64,000 bases of DNA from Podarcis cretensis. Lineage: Eukaryota. The stretch is from positions 77,500,001 to 77,564,000 of the forward strand of contig OX638152.1 of NCBI GenBank assembly GCA_951804945.1, in the 5' to 3' direction. The notes beneath the pieces were generated by a model. The model did not search any database. It had not been told where the DNA came from and saw only the letters and a program-made list of their open reading frames with translations. Both the position numbers and the translations under genes were made by a program. Shown piece after piece: positions 13,077 through 25,600 of this stretch; the first letter of the stretch is position 1, and every line of letters begins with the position of its first letter.

Positions 13077-13505
13077 AGTGATGGGCGAATCCATTCATTT
13101 CGGTTTCTCTCAGTTTCTCATTTTTACAATCTTCTGTCCAGTTCTTGACATTTCCACATCAGTTTGCATTTTTAAAAATAATAATAATCAGCCCTTTAGT
13201 GTGCATTTCTCCCAAGACACACATTTTTACATGTAACCTTGCCTAATATAATCATTTCTGCAAAACAATTTTCCTTAATGCAATGTGTATTTTGCATGCT
13301 GTTTTCTACATTTTTATGCACACCAGCAGGTTGTTGTTGTTGTTTTTGTACCCGTTACTTGGATGGACAACTGTATTGCAGAAATTTGGAGAAGAGTGAA
13401 TTTTGAAAGATGGCTGCAATTCAGTTTGTGTCATGTTTCGGGAAGTGCAATTTACATAGGTTCGCCTTTAAATGAGACTGGAAGCCAATTTATCCCCCAT
13501 CCCCA
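13077..13505. mobile_element. Old dispersed repeat, probable hAT-type non-autonomous element (related copies ~7700-8380, 39745-40190, 47798-48217, 51192-51591)
   Basis: Shared AAATTCACACTT(C)TCTGAATTTTGC core in either orientation; degenerate TAG(G/T)GATGGG...CCCATCCC termini. Confidence 0.55.
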
Positions 13506-13816
13506 GTGACAATGGCAGTATCAGGAAGGGAATTTAGCTGGGACGTAGTATCTGTCAAACCATAATGCCACTTAGGCTGAAATTTAGCCCCTTTGAACAT
13601 CATGTTGTGTCCTTAGGAGTGTGCTCTTCATGTGCTCCACCGCTTATGAAACACCATGTTTCATTTTGACAGGTGTTAACCTTGCCCTGACAGGTGTAAC
13701 ATCACCCCCAACCACCAAGTGCATATGGACAGCTTCCTCAATCCAAATTATCTCTCAAGTGGCTTTCCCCTTCTCTTCCCCCTGTGGGGTTCCAAACACA
13801 TGTTTATGAAGGTCTA

Positions 13817-14177
13817 AAAAGGTAAAGGTAAAGGACCCCTGACAGTTAAGTCCAGTTGTGAATGACTCTGCGGTGCTCATCTTGCTTTACTGGCTGAGGG
13901 AGCCGGCTATTGTCCGCAGACAGTTTTTCTGGGTCATGTGGCCAGCAGGACTAAGCCGCTTCTGGCGAAACCAGAGCAGCACACGGAAACACCGTTTACC
14001 TTCCCGCCGGAGCAGTACCTATTTATCTACTTGCACTTTGACATGCTTTCGTACTGCTAGGTTGGCAGGAGCTGGGACAGAGCATCGGGAGACCCCATTG
14101 CGGGGATTCAAACCACCAACCTTCTGATCAGCAAGCCCTAGGTTCAGTGGTTTAGACCACAGCACCACTCGCATCCC
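13817..14177 (-). mobile_element. Sauria SINE (older copy)
   Basis: (AAAGGT)n at left, SINE head at right; degenerate TSD ending TGAAGGTCTA. Confidence 0.9.
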
Positions 14178-14194
14178 TGCTTTGTGAAGGTCTA

Positions 14195-14558
14195 AAAGGT
14201 AAAGGTAAAGGTACCCCTGCCCATACAGGCCAGTCTTGACAGACTCTAGGGTTGTACGCCCATCTCACTTAAGAGGCCGGGGACCAGCGCTGTCCGCAGA
14301 CACTTCCGGGTCACGTGGCCAGCGTGACAAGCTGCATCTGGTGAGCCAGTGCAGCACACGGAAACGCCGTTTACCTTCCCGCCAGTAAGTGGTCCCTATT
14401 TATCTACTTGCACCTGGGGGTGCTTTCGAACTGCTAGGTTGGTAGGCGCTGGGACCGAGCAACAGGAGCTCACCCCGCCGTGGGGATTCGAACTGCCGAC
14501 CTTTCGATCGGCAAGCAGTAGGCGCTGAGGCTTTTACCTACAGCGCCACCCGCGTCCC
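14195..14558 (-). mobile_element. Sauria SINE (younger copy)
   Basis: Full length; exact TSD TGTGAAGGTCTA at 14183-14194 and 14559-14570. Confidence 0.92.
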
Positions 14559-15134
14559 TGTGAAGGTCTACTGAGGCTCAATTAAATTTTAGAGTAATTT
14601 GTTGGGAATGTACATATATCAGACATTCAAAAGGCCTTCATTGTCTGCTAATTTGACGTGGAGGAAGGAGTAAAGTCTACCAGGGGTGGGGGGAACGTAT
14701 GGCATTGACAAAGTAGAGAATATGAGCTTTCTTCACACTTCCTGTAGCTTTCCTTTTCTTTCTGCCTCATATGGTTCCTGAGATAGAAAACATTCTTCCT
14801 TTGCTTAAGGGGGAAATTTAACGCAACCTTTATAATTTGTGTTACGCGCAAGTATAATTAGCAATTGAATGCCAGCAGATAACTGTTCAGAAATCAATCT
14901 GCATGGCGGGGCGGGAGGAAAATAACAGTGAATATTGTAGTAAGTGAGGAAGGGAAGACATTATTCACAACAAATTTGTGTGATAAATTGTTTGCTCTGT
15001 TACAGTCTCAATACTGGCTCCTCTTCAATTGCATTGTTTGGTTTATAAAATGGCTGGGTCTAAATGCTCTAAATTCCTAAAAAGTGGAGGGATTTGAAAC
15101 TCTGTCCAATTTTTCATCAGAAGATCAGTGGTCT

Positions 15135-15185
15135 GTAACTTGAAGTGTTTGTAACCCGAGGTGTTTGTAACCCAAGGTACCACTG
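15135..15185. mobile_element. Terminal fragment of the CAGTGGTACC MITE
   Basis: GTAACCCAAGGTACCACTG-TA end only. Confidence 0.65.
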
Positions 15186-15598
15186 TATTTGGTGTTAAAT
15201 GCACTTTTGGTTTAATTCTGGTTTCTTCATCTCATACAGCTAGAAATGATACAAAAAAAGACTATTAAAATTAATGAGTAAAGACTAAAGAGTTTTGAGC
15301 ATGTTAGTTTAGAACAGAGGAGGGGAACCTGTGACTGTCCAGTTTTTGATGAACTACAAGTCCCATCATTCCTGACCAGTGGTCATGCTGGCTGGGGCTA
15401 AAAGGAGCTGAAGGCCAACACCATTTGCAAGGCCACAAGTTCCCTGTCCTTCCAACAATGGTGAGGAATGACAGGTATTTATACACCTATGAACCTTGTG
15501 AAGAGAAGGAATTTGTCCCTCAAAATATAGAATGGTAACTGAAGCTGATTAGCAATAGTTCAGTACTGTCAAAAAGAAGTACTTCTTTACACCACTCC

Positions 15599-15876
15599 TA
15601 GGGTTGCCATGTGTTCTCTTTTTCCAGGACACATCCTCTTTTTCAGGGGTAAAATTTATGTCCAGGTGGATTTTTTATATTTGCCAAAATGTCCCTGGCT
15701 ATACTTTCTGGATGAGACATAGACGTAACTGGTGGCCAAAGACTTGCTTTCCTCTTCTCCTCTTCTGTCCCCCTCAGCAATATATCTCAGCTTCTATAGC
15801 CTACATATAGTAGGGGTATTTAAAATGAGAGTTGTCATAGCGTCCTCTTTTTGCTCTTCGAAATATGGCAACCCCA
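15599..15876. mobile_element. hAT-like MITE inserted in a degraded CR1-like fragment
   Basis: TIR TAGGGTTGCCAT...ATGGCAACCCCA; flanks read as CR1-like KRKYFFT...NLWNSL. Confidence 0.6.
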
Positions 15877-16056
15877 CTTAACCTATGGAATTCGCTATCG
15901 CAAAATGTTGTATGGAGTTCTTAAAAATAGGTTATTAAACATGACAGAATATACATGTGTACCCAAATGATATGTGTTTGGATCTTTTACTAAGAATTAT
16001 AGTGCTTGTGGTAGAAATTGGGCTCTCAAGGGGATGAATTAACAAGCCAAGGTTTG

Positions 16057-16146
16057 AGAAGAAGAAGAAGAAGAAGAAGAAGAAGAAGAAGGAGGAGGAG
16101 GAGGAGGAGGAGGAGGAGGAGGAGGAGGAGGAGGAGGAGGAGAAGA
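16057..16146. repeat. Compound (GAA)n(GAG)n microsatellite abutting an L2 3' end
   Basis: Directly visible. Confidence 0.95.
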
Positions 16147-16483
16147 ATTCATTAGTTATACCCCACCCATCTGGCTGGGTTTCCCCAGCCACTCTGGGCA
16201 GCTTCCAACAAAATATAAAAAATACAATAAAACATCAGACATTAAAAACTTCCCTAAACAGGGCTGCCTTCAGATGTCTTTTAAAAGTCAGATAGTTGTT
16301 TATATCCTTGACATCTGATGGGAGGGCGTTCCACAGAGAGGGCGCCACTACCGAGAAGGTCCTCTGCCTGATTCCCTGCAACCTCACTTCTCGCAGTGAG
16401 GGAACTGCCAGAAGGCCCTTGGAGCTGGACCTCAGTGTCCAGGCTGAACGATGGGGGTGGAGACGCTCCTTCAGGTATACTGG
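16147..16483 (-). mobile_element. L2 LINE 3' fragment
   Basis: Reverse complement of the same 3' sequence as ~780-1100. Confidence 0.85.
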
Positions 16484-16819
16484 GTAATCTAATACACACT
16501 TTATTAAATAAACAAAAAGCTCAATTAATTACATAGACAGCATGCAGACTGAACCCGTAAGTTAAATAACAGATTGGGAACCTGTGGCCCTCTAGATATT
16601 GCTGGCTTACAACTTATTATATTATTTATTTAAGCAATTTATATGCTGCTTAACTTTCACGATCCCTGAAAATTAGCCATACTGGCTGATCGGAGTTGTA
16701 GTCAAAGAACATTTGGTTCCCTATCCCTGAGACAAATCTATGAGGGGCAGTAGGAGGGGAAGTCAGAAGAGAAGAGCAGCTTACTTGTGATACAAATGAG
16801 AAAGAGGCCGATTCCAAAT

Positions 16820-17186
16820 GGTATGTTTAGCATGGGAAAGAGGAGACTGAGAGGAGATATGATAGCCATCTTCAAATATTGCAAGGGCTGTCACATGGAG
16901 AATGGAGCAAGCTTGTTTTCTCCTGCTCTGGAGGGTAGGACTCCAACCAGTGGCTTCAAGTTACGAGAAAGGACAATCCGACCAAACACCAGGAATAACT
17001 TTCTGATGGTCAGAGCTGTTTGACAGTGGAACGGACTCCCTCAGGGAGTTGCGTACTCTCCTTCACTGGAACTTTCTAAGCAGAGGTTGGATGCCCATCT
17101 GTCATGGATGCTTTAGCTGAGATTCTTGCATTTGCAGGAAGTTAGACTAGATGGCCTTTGGGGCCCCTTCCAGCTCTATGATTCTG
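16820..17186 (+). mobile_element. CR1 LINE 3' fragment
   Basis: GMFSMGKRRLRGDMIAIFKY..KG ORF2 C-terminus and CCCTTCCAGCTCTATGATTCT CR1-type end. Confidence 0.85.
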
Positions 17187-17669
17187 TTACATGCAAGTAA
17201 ACATGCATGGGCTAAGGCAACAAATCTCACAAGAGTTGCAAATCACGCAGTGTGGTGTGAAGCAAATGCTATTGGTAGCACAATAAACAGGTAGCCGAAG
17301 GCAGAAACTGTTGTCTAAAATGCTGTAGCCATGCGAAAGCACAGAGCATTTTACAGAGGGCTTCAGGTAGCAAAATGTCTTGTATATGCACTGGAAATTT
17401 CTATTAAATTATATCATCCATTTCCCCCCACTTGAAATCATTTGGGTGAACCAAACATTTAAGGCCTTGCCAGACATCTTTTTAGTATTGTGCATACACG
17501 ATCATTTGTGCTCATGATGATATTGGGGTGTTTATTTGGGAACCCAATGTTCAATGCTGTTTACACCTGCAAAATGCAATGTTGCAGAACATACCTGCAA
17601 AAAAGCCAAAACAAAGCCAAAAGTCTGAAGGGCACTTAAAATGTATGTATTTATGCTAAAGTGGCATTA

Positions 17670-18032
17670 AAGGTAAAGGTAAAGGTACCCCTGCCCATAC
17701 GGGCCAGTCTTGACAGACTCTGGGGTTGTGCGCCCATCTCACTTAAGAGGCCGGGGGCCAGCGCTGTCCGGAGACACTTCCGGGTCACGTGGCCAGCGTG
17801 ACATCGCTGCTCTGGCGAGCCAGAGCCGCACACGGAAACGCCATTTACCTTCCCGCTGGTAAGCGGTCCCTATTTATCTACTTGCACCTGGAGGTGCTTT
17901 CGAACTGCTAGGTTGGCAGGCGCTGGGACCGAGCAGCGGGAGCGCACCCCGCCGCAGGGATTCGAACCGCCGACCTTTCGATCGGCAAGCCCTAGGCACT
18001 GAGGCTTTAACCCACAGCGCCACCTGCGTCCC
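17670..18032 (-). mobile_element. Sauria SINE, full length
   Basis: TSD AAAGTGGCATTA at 17658-17669 and 18034-18045. Confidence 0.92.
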
Positions 18033-19313
18033 AAAAGTGGCATTAGATGCTTCTAAACTAGCCATTGTTCCTTCATTTGGGGGCTAAATTACAATAAATT
18101 AAGTGAAAAAGTTACAATTTATTTCCAAACTGTTTGATGGTATTCTTCTTTCCAGATGGAAAGCCTATGTAGCTTCACCTAGCCCAGTTTGGTAGAAAAA
18201 TCTGATTCATCTAGTTATTTCATGCACTTTCAAACTGCTATTTTCTTGGTTAGTGGTTTTCTTGAAGACCTTTATATTTAGTATTAAGAGAATTCGTCCT
18301 GATTTGTGTGTGTGTATGTGTGTGAGTGCTGCTGGGCACTCCCCTTTCCTTCTTTTGTGCTGCCAAATTAAATTGATCCTATCTTGAACAGAATCTTAAA
18401 TGGAATGTTAGCACGTATTAATTACATTTATGGTAAAGGAGACCCTCTGGATGGACATGCAAGTGCCTGATGTGGGCAGAGCCACAAACCATATGTGAGT
18501 CGCTACGTGCCTCTTGCTTGATTGTTATATTGTGCAGTAAAATATAATTAATATATATAAAAAAATCAAATTACATTTTAGAAACCCAGTAAGAATCATA
18601 ATCTGTCTGATAATTAGACATGGGGATCAGGGGATCAATGAGCTGAACTTTAATTTTAGTCAACTCTTCACATTTGGTATTATAGAAGCAATGTTCTCTC
18701 GTTTATGCAAACATACTGTAACGGCAGCCACCCAAAACTGGGATCTGAAAACTCTTGCTAAAATGTTTGACCCTCTGGAGGAACCAGACTCCAGGAAACA
18801 AAACAAAACAAAAACCCTTTGAACGCTGCGAAAATGTTTAATTTATCTTGTTTCTTACTGGCTTGCATATTATCCCATAGTTTGCTATCGCTTCATCTTT
18901 GCCTTTAGCTTTTGTTTCAGAATACGGATTAAGGAGACCATCTGAGGTGCGAATGTGGCTGTCACAAATATCTGGAATTGTTTAAATCTGGTGCATGCAT
19001 TTTAGAGGACAAATGAAGAATGTGTGTTATGTCTTTTTATAATCTTGCAGCTGGCAGGTAGGCATAAAAATATTTGATTCGGGTAGCTGTGGCGTTAGCA
19101 AAAGGATCCTGCATTTTACTGTTTTTCTTCCTTAAGTCTCACCTAGATATGCAGGGCACTTTGAGCGACAAAATAAATTAAAAAAACTTGCAATCCTCAA
19201 ACTAATCCTTAATTTGGTGTAGTCCATTCAGGCTTACATGAAGTGAAGGGTTTGGAGACTGCAGCGAAACCTGACAAAATTCTTGCCCCCCCTCTTTTGC
19301 AGGAAACAATGTA

Positions 19314-19511
19314 CAGTGGTACCTTGGGATGCGAATGGCATGCGCAGGTCGCGTTTTGCCACTTCCAGGCATGCGCGTGACATCATTTTGAGCGTCTGCG
19401 CATGCGCGAGCGGCAAAACCTGGAAGTAATGCGCTCTGTTACTTCTGGGTTGCCGCGGAGCGCAACCTGTAAGTGCTCAACCTGAAGCACATTCAACCCG
19501 AGGTATGACTG
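19314..19511. mobile_element. Tc1/mariner-type MITE
   Basis: CAGTGGTACCTTGGG...CCCGAGGTATGACTG, TA TSD. Confidence 0.8.
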
Positions 19512-19647
19512 TAGAATGAAAAGTAATTGTGTAGGAAAATATGCAATTTGGAAGAGAAAGAAAACAATGCCTGGAATTTATGCTAATTTAACCTTTGAAC
19601 TGGCTCAAACAAAGCCTGTTACCTTTTGCAACAAGGTTGTTGGCATC

Positions 19648-20178
19648 TGTAGGTATGTTCCAGGAGTGAGCCAGCAGTCAATCACATGAAGCAAGTGGAA
19701 TTAACTCTTTATTAGGAAAAAAACCAGGATCTGCACAGGAATGTCAGGCCTAATGAACACAGCAACTCTTCTTCCGTAGGTCTTGCCCCCATAAAGCAGT
19801 TGCTGAGACTAAGTCCCATCCTCTCCAGGGTTTTCCCCAAGTGATCGTAGACTGTGCCTGTGTTGCACTAATTTCTCCTCCACCCTCTTCATGCCTCTCT
19901 TGGTCCTGGAAGACTAGAGGGAAGGGAAGCTTGTTGCTTGAAGGGGAGGCACCCATGCTTCTTCACCAGCTAGACTCATCTCTGCTTCTTGGCCTTCCTC
20001 CTCTCCTGCTTCTGCCTCTGAGTCTGGACTGCTCTCTGCCACAAACTACCATTGCTCACTAAGCCCTGTTACCTCTACAGCTTCCCATACCACCTCCTTC
20101 TAGTCTTCTCTCTTTTCTTCCTCCTCTGGTCACTCATGGTCATCCCACCAACACTTCCTGGGCTCTGAGCCTTCTACA
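19648..20178 (-). mobile_element. Probable degraded solo LTR
   Basis: TGTAG...CTACA ends; minus-strand AATAAA near the left end; composition mirrors 7757-8240; no clear TSD. Confidence 0.4.
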
Positions 20179-20492
20179 TTTATCTACACACCTTAGGTGT
20201 ATAGGCCACTTTTGCAACAAGCTTCATCTCTGGACCACCCAAAACTGCTGCCTTCAGTTGCCAGGACTTCCTCAAACCACTGGGCTACATTCCTTTACAG
20301 TCATATGTACCACTGGGATACACTGACTCCACCATCATGCATACTCTGGAACCTGCCCCTAAATCCTACAATTCTGATTTTAGGACTCAGCAACCCTAGA
20401 CTCATATGGACCGTAAAGATTTATAGAACCTTCTGCAAGGGATAGAGAGGGCCTTACTCACACATGGACCATAGTGCCCCCTCCCACAAGTA

Positions 20493-21232
20493 CCATATTT
20501 TTCGCTCCATAAGATGCACCTGACAATAAGATGCACCTAGTTTTTAGAGGAGGAAAGGGGGAAAGCCCAATTTTTTGGGGGGATCAGCTCACAGTTGTGC
20601 AGCTTCTTTTGCAAAGGGGAAAAACCCCTTTTTTGAGGATCAGCTCAAAGTTGTTGAGCTTACTTTGCAAAAGGAAAAAAAATCCTCTTTTTATGGGGTT
20701 CAGCTCACAGTTCTGCAGCTTCTTTAGGAAAGGAAAGGGAGCCATTTCTACAGTTTCCAGACAGATAATCTAATCAGCTGAAGCTGAGGCTCCAATACTT
20801 TGGCCACCTCATGAGAAGAGAAGACTCCCTGGAAAAGACCCTGATGCTGGGAAAGATGGAGGGCACAAGGAGAAGGGGACGACAGAGGACGAGATGGTTG
20901 GACAGTGTTCTCGAAGCTACAAACATGAGTCTGACCAAACTGCGGGAGGCAGTGGAAGACAGGAGTGCCTGGCGTGCTCTGGTCCATGGGGTCACGAAGA
21001 GTCGGACACGACTAAATGACTAAACAACAACAAATCTAATCAGCCAGTCACATGTCACTGGGGAAACAAACAGCCTCCATCTGCAGAACATTCAACAATG
21101 GAGGCCTGGGCAAGGGGGCGGGGCCAGAAAGGGAGTCAGCAGTCGACCTCACATTCGCTCCATAAGACGCACAGACATTTCCCCTTACTTTTTAGGAGGA
21201 AAAAAGTGCGTCTTATGGAGCGAAAAATACGG
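20493..21232. mobile_element. Non-autonomous Tc2/pogo-like DNA transposon carrying a Bov-B insertion
   Basis: TIR CC(A/G)TATTTTTCGCTCCATAAGA(T/C)GCAC at both ends; TA at left. Confidence 0.8.
20779..21032 (+). mobile_element. Bov-B (RTE) LINE 3' fragment
   Basis: LKLRLQYFGHLMRREDSLEKTLMLGKMEGTRRRGRQRTRWLD; (CAA)n tail; 12-bp TSD AATCTAATCAGC at 20767-20778 and 21033-21044. Confidence 0.92.
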
Positions 21233-21614
21233 TGATACATAGCTCATCTTTAGATAAAAGAAGGAGAAGGATTGCAATTCCTTAAACTTTGCAATGGAAA
21301 TTAGTTTATTCAGTGCTGCTCCCATCCCATTTGGACAAAAGGTTGCTGACTTACTGAAAATTTCTTTTGGATACAGGTCTTTGGATGGCACAAATTACTT
21401 GCATAGAATTTGCTGGCAGTGCAACCCATTTCCCTGCCAGTGTTGTAAGAAACATCGGAGACCTACTGAATTGGGCGAAGAATCTTATTGGTTGCATCAT
21501 TCTGCTTCCAATGTAGGCCAGCCAAACACTGTTGGAAAGTCTACAAGCAGGGTGTGCCGACAAAAGCTCATTCCTGCCCCAGTCTTGTTTGACCTCAGCA
21601 CCTGGTTTTTCAGC

Positions 21615-22116
21615 TGTATGCTGCCATTGGGCATGGGGATGACATCACTGGGAAAGACCTCCTTAGGGCAGGAGATGACCTCAGCGCCTCTAGGGTTCTT
21701 GGAGGTCCTGCGGAGGCAGCCTAGAAATAGGCCAGAGATGTGCTGCAGGCAACATTGATTTCTCTAGTAAAGCTATTAAGGGGTGACTAGGGGTCAGCGG
21801 AGGAGCTGGTGTCATTATGCGAGTGGCCGTTTTCACCTGGCAGCCCGGGCAGGGGAATTGGCCCTTCCTTTGTGATGGCCACAATACCGCCGTCCGTCCT
21901 TGCTGGTCTCCCTGTGTGTGCCATTGTAACCCTTTTGCCTAACCCTTTCCCTTCATTAAAAGTCTCAAGTTAAGCACATGTCAGTTTCCTTTTGTGCTTA
22001 TTGATCAGACGCTGTCATCTTCTTCGCCGTCCTTATCTGCAATTGAACCCTCCATACCCGGAGACTTCTCCCTCCCTCCCGCGGAGCACCCTCCTTAACC
22101 TGGCCTGTCAGCATAA
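21615..22116 (+). mobile_element. Probable solo LTR (~500 bp)
   Basis: TGTATGCTG...CAGCATAA near-inverted ends; TATA-like CTATTAAG (~21773); ATTAAA at 21955; no TSD seen. Confidence 0.45.
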
Positions 22117-22603
22117 TGAAGGCTTGATTTCAATGCGACTCCCTCATTTCTCTGTTCACTGCTCTGCAGGTTAATGCAGATTCCAAACTTCAACAAGCAG
22201 CTGTTAAACATGTCATTAACACTGCTCTGGCTGCAAATGAAACTCAGCTACTGGGATTATTCTGGGAGCTCCAGTTTTGTGATGAGCTTTGTCAATCACA
22301 GCTGACCTGCTGTGTACAGAATGAAACTCAGATTATCTTCTTTCTTCCTCAGACTCTTGTCATTTTTTCTCTCCCCCCCCTCCACAAAGAATTACTATTC
22401 TACTCCCAGAAAGATTGATTACTTGCACAAATAAGAGAGTCGGAGACATTAATACAAAATTCCACAGGCTTTTCTTTATCTCAGACCTGCAACTCCCTCT
22501 ACATTTCCCTCCTGGTAATTATATTAGAATTGTGTACACTAGGAATTGCCATCTGATTATTATGAAACTAGTTTTGTCATGACAAAAATGAGCTTAAGTC
22601 TTG

Positions 22604-22753
22604 NNNNNNNNNNNNNNNNNNNNNNNNNNNNNNNNNNNNNNNNNNNNNNNNNNNNNNNNNNNNNNNNNNNNNNNNNNNNNNNNNNNNNNNNNNNNNNNNN
22701 NNNNNNNNNNNNNNNNNNNNNNNNNNNNNNNNNNNNNNNNNNNNNNNNNNNNN
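22604..22753. other. N-run (150 nt)
   Basis: Directly visible. Confidence 0.99.
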
Positions 22754-23992
22754 AAAGGATATGAAAATATTGAAAATTCTGTAACCAGCGGTAGGACATA
22801 ATATAGGTCCCTGGTACCCACTGAGAGACATGTGCTTTATTTTTCTATACTGCCAATGTCAAGGGTTTCTCATTTGAAGAGCTGCCTCACAACGAGGTCC
22901 CATTTTATATTGGGGAATATGTTAACCAGCTTGTGATTTTCCTAGGTTAGCATTTTTATTGCACAGAATACAAATATGAAAGAAGCTTTCATAAATGGCT
23001 CTTCTTGTTAGCCCAATAACAAGCCAGATGTTTTGTCCTGACAACATTCCAAGGTGCCATGCATAGAGAAACATAATTTCAAGAGGAATGGGAGGAGGGC
23101 AAAAATGTTTATTCGGAAATCTTCTGGCATGGCCAAAAAGGTCCAGAGATAGATTGGCAACATGACAACAAACAAAGGATATGGTGGCTTTTCATAGTCA
23201 TTTTGAAACATTAAAATACTTGTTTCTCTGTTCCATTGCCAGACCACATAATCATATAAATCTATCTTTGTGGTACAGAAAAAATTAAAAAATTAAGAAG
23301 AATACAAAATAGAACAAAGAAAATAGAAAATATAATAAAATGCAACATGTTCACACAAGTCCACAAAAAATGCAATATGAGTAATATTCAAGAGAAGGTT
23401 TGCTGGAACAACCAAGTTATAATCTGGTGACGAAAACACATTGCACACAGGGGCAGTCCATAGTCTCAGTGCCACCATATTGAATGCACTATTTCTAATC
23501 AATAATAACACGACATTACATGGAACTGCCATTTGACTCCAGTTTAAAATTTCTGAGTATAACTGGCTTTGTTTGCGACTCTCGGAATTCTCACCGGTTT
23601 GTCATCTAAGTTCGCTGCATTTTCTTCTTATTTACAGTCCCCTGCCGACAAACTGCCAGTCCACTATTCTGCTACTCTTCTCTCTTTTTCCCCCTTCTCT
23701 TCTCAGGCAACTCATCCCCATCCCCCTTTCTCAAGCAAGGTTCTCATTCTTCTTGCCTTTCATCCTTACAGAGCCTATCTTCTTTGTCCAGTATTTCCCC
23801 AGTTCTGCAATCCAAAGTCCCCATGCCCAGGTAAGTGTGCTTGGCCTGGGTGGTGTAACATGCAATTGAATCCTAGTATGGATCGCAGTGTGAGCTGGGC
23901 AAGAGGATGTAGCTGAATTAATAGAGTAGTGAGAAGTGTTGGCAACGTGATGGGAGTGATTTGGCCTACAAAGGCCACTGAGATATAGATGA

Positions 23993-23994
<2 letters not shown>

Positions 23995-24024
<30 letters not shown>
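23995..24024. repeat. (TG)n microsatellite
   Basis: Directly visible. Confidence 0.95.
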
Positions 24025-24026
<2 letters not shown>

Positions 24027-25119
24027 TCAGTCCACCTTATCTCTGCTATCCACATGGATTTGGAGTGATCCACATTATTCTGGATACCCAGATCATGTGT
24101 GTCAAACTTCTGGAAAATTAGAAATGAGGCCTTTTTTTTCTTCAGAGCTCACCTGAGCTCAGCTCTGGCGTCTCGCAGGTGGGCAGCATTGCCATTCTAA
24201 GAGAACAAGGGAGAAGTTCATCGTGAGCTCCAGAACCCTTTTCCCCCCTAGAAAAATAGCACTTGGAGTGACATGGTACATGGACTTTGGAATAAGCAGA
24301 ATACATGCAAAGGAAAACTGTTTCTTTGCAACACAAACTTGCACTTAATTTTGTCATTTATTTATTTGATTTGAAAGCTCACACTTTATCAGTTGACCCT
24401 AGGGGAAAAAACCAACAACAATTAAAAAAATGGAACTATAGAACATTGGCTAAGAGTTACCACAAATGCAAATATACAACTGGCAGTGAAATCAAGAAAC
24501 AACTGGTACCACAATAACACAATCCACAACAACAACAACACCTCACTCATCTGACTGGGTTGCCACAGCCACTCTGGGCAGCTTCTAACACATAATAAAA
24601 CATTTAACATTAAAAAAAACCTTCCCTATAAAGGTCTGTCTTCAACCTTCTAAAGGTTGTATAGTTACTTATCTCATTGGCTCAGGGGTTGCAAAACTCC
24701 ATACCCCCCTACATTTCTCTGATGAAAATGGGGACATCCTAAGGTAAAGCAGGACATTCCAGGATGAAATCAGGAACTGGGATAGCTTCTCTAAATCCAT
24801 GAGTGTCCTTGAAAAATAGAGACACTTGGAGGGTCTGCAATAGGCAGGTAGGTAAAGGGAGAGGCATTCCTTCAGATATTTTTCTTGTTTAGGTGTTTAT
24901 ATGTCAGCATCAGCAGAGCTCAGAAACATATACGCAACCAGCGCTTCTTCTTCAGGACCAGTGTTATATGGTTTTGACTGGCTAAAACATTCAACATACT
25001 GGCACCTTTATTTGGCACTATCAGTTTTCTGCTGAAGATAGTAGTCTCCATAGCTACATTTTGTAAAAAAAGAAAGATTTTTTTTTGGAGGGGTGTGCTA
25101 CATGTAGTTGAACATCATA

Positions 25120-25342
25120 CAGTGGTACCTCGGGTTACATTCGCTTCAGGTTACATACGCTTCAGGTCACAGACTCCACTAACCCAGAAATAGTACCTCG
25201 GGTTAAGAACTTTGCTTCAGGATGAGAACAGAAATTGTGTGGCAGTGGTGCGGCAGCTAAAGTGGTGCTTCAGATTAAGAACAGTTTCAGGTTAAGAACA
25301 GACCTCCAGAACGAATTAAGTACTTAACCTGAGGTACCACTG
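25120..25342. mobile_element. CAGTGGTACC-family MITE
   Basis: TIRs, TA TSD. Confidence 0.9.
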
Positions 25343-25344
25343 TA

Positions 25345-25600
25345 GTTACAGTTTCCGAACTGTCTTCAAGGTGCAGACCCAGAGAGAGGACATTACAGCT
25401 GTTCAACCAGGAGGTTACCAGAGTGTGGGTTACTGTAGCAACGCAGTCTCTGTCTAGGTGCGCAAGGCACAGCTGATAACAGGCCTTCCACACCACTGAC
25501 ATCCGCTGAGCTTCAGGTGATAATGCTGGACCTAGGAACACACCCAAGCTGTGTAACTGCTCTTTGAAGTAGGAAAAACCCCATTTGGAAGATGCCATCT
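25345..25600 (-). mobile_element. Degraded L2 ORF2 fragment
   Basis: HSLGVFLGPALSPEAQ...ATVTHTLVTSWLNSCNVLSLGL resembles the L2 post-RT region. Confidence 0.7.

Noticed and set aside
22850-22950. Protein-like frame KGFSFEELPHNEVPFYIGEYVNQLVIFLG
   Set aside because: Short, weak splice signals, no recognised homologue
24655-24666. GGTTGTATAGTT, matching the 3' half of let-7
   Set aside because: Lies in an L2-derived fragment; no seed and no hairpin
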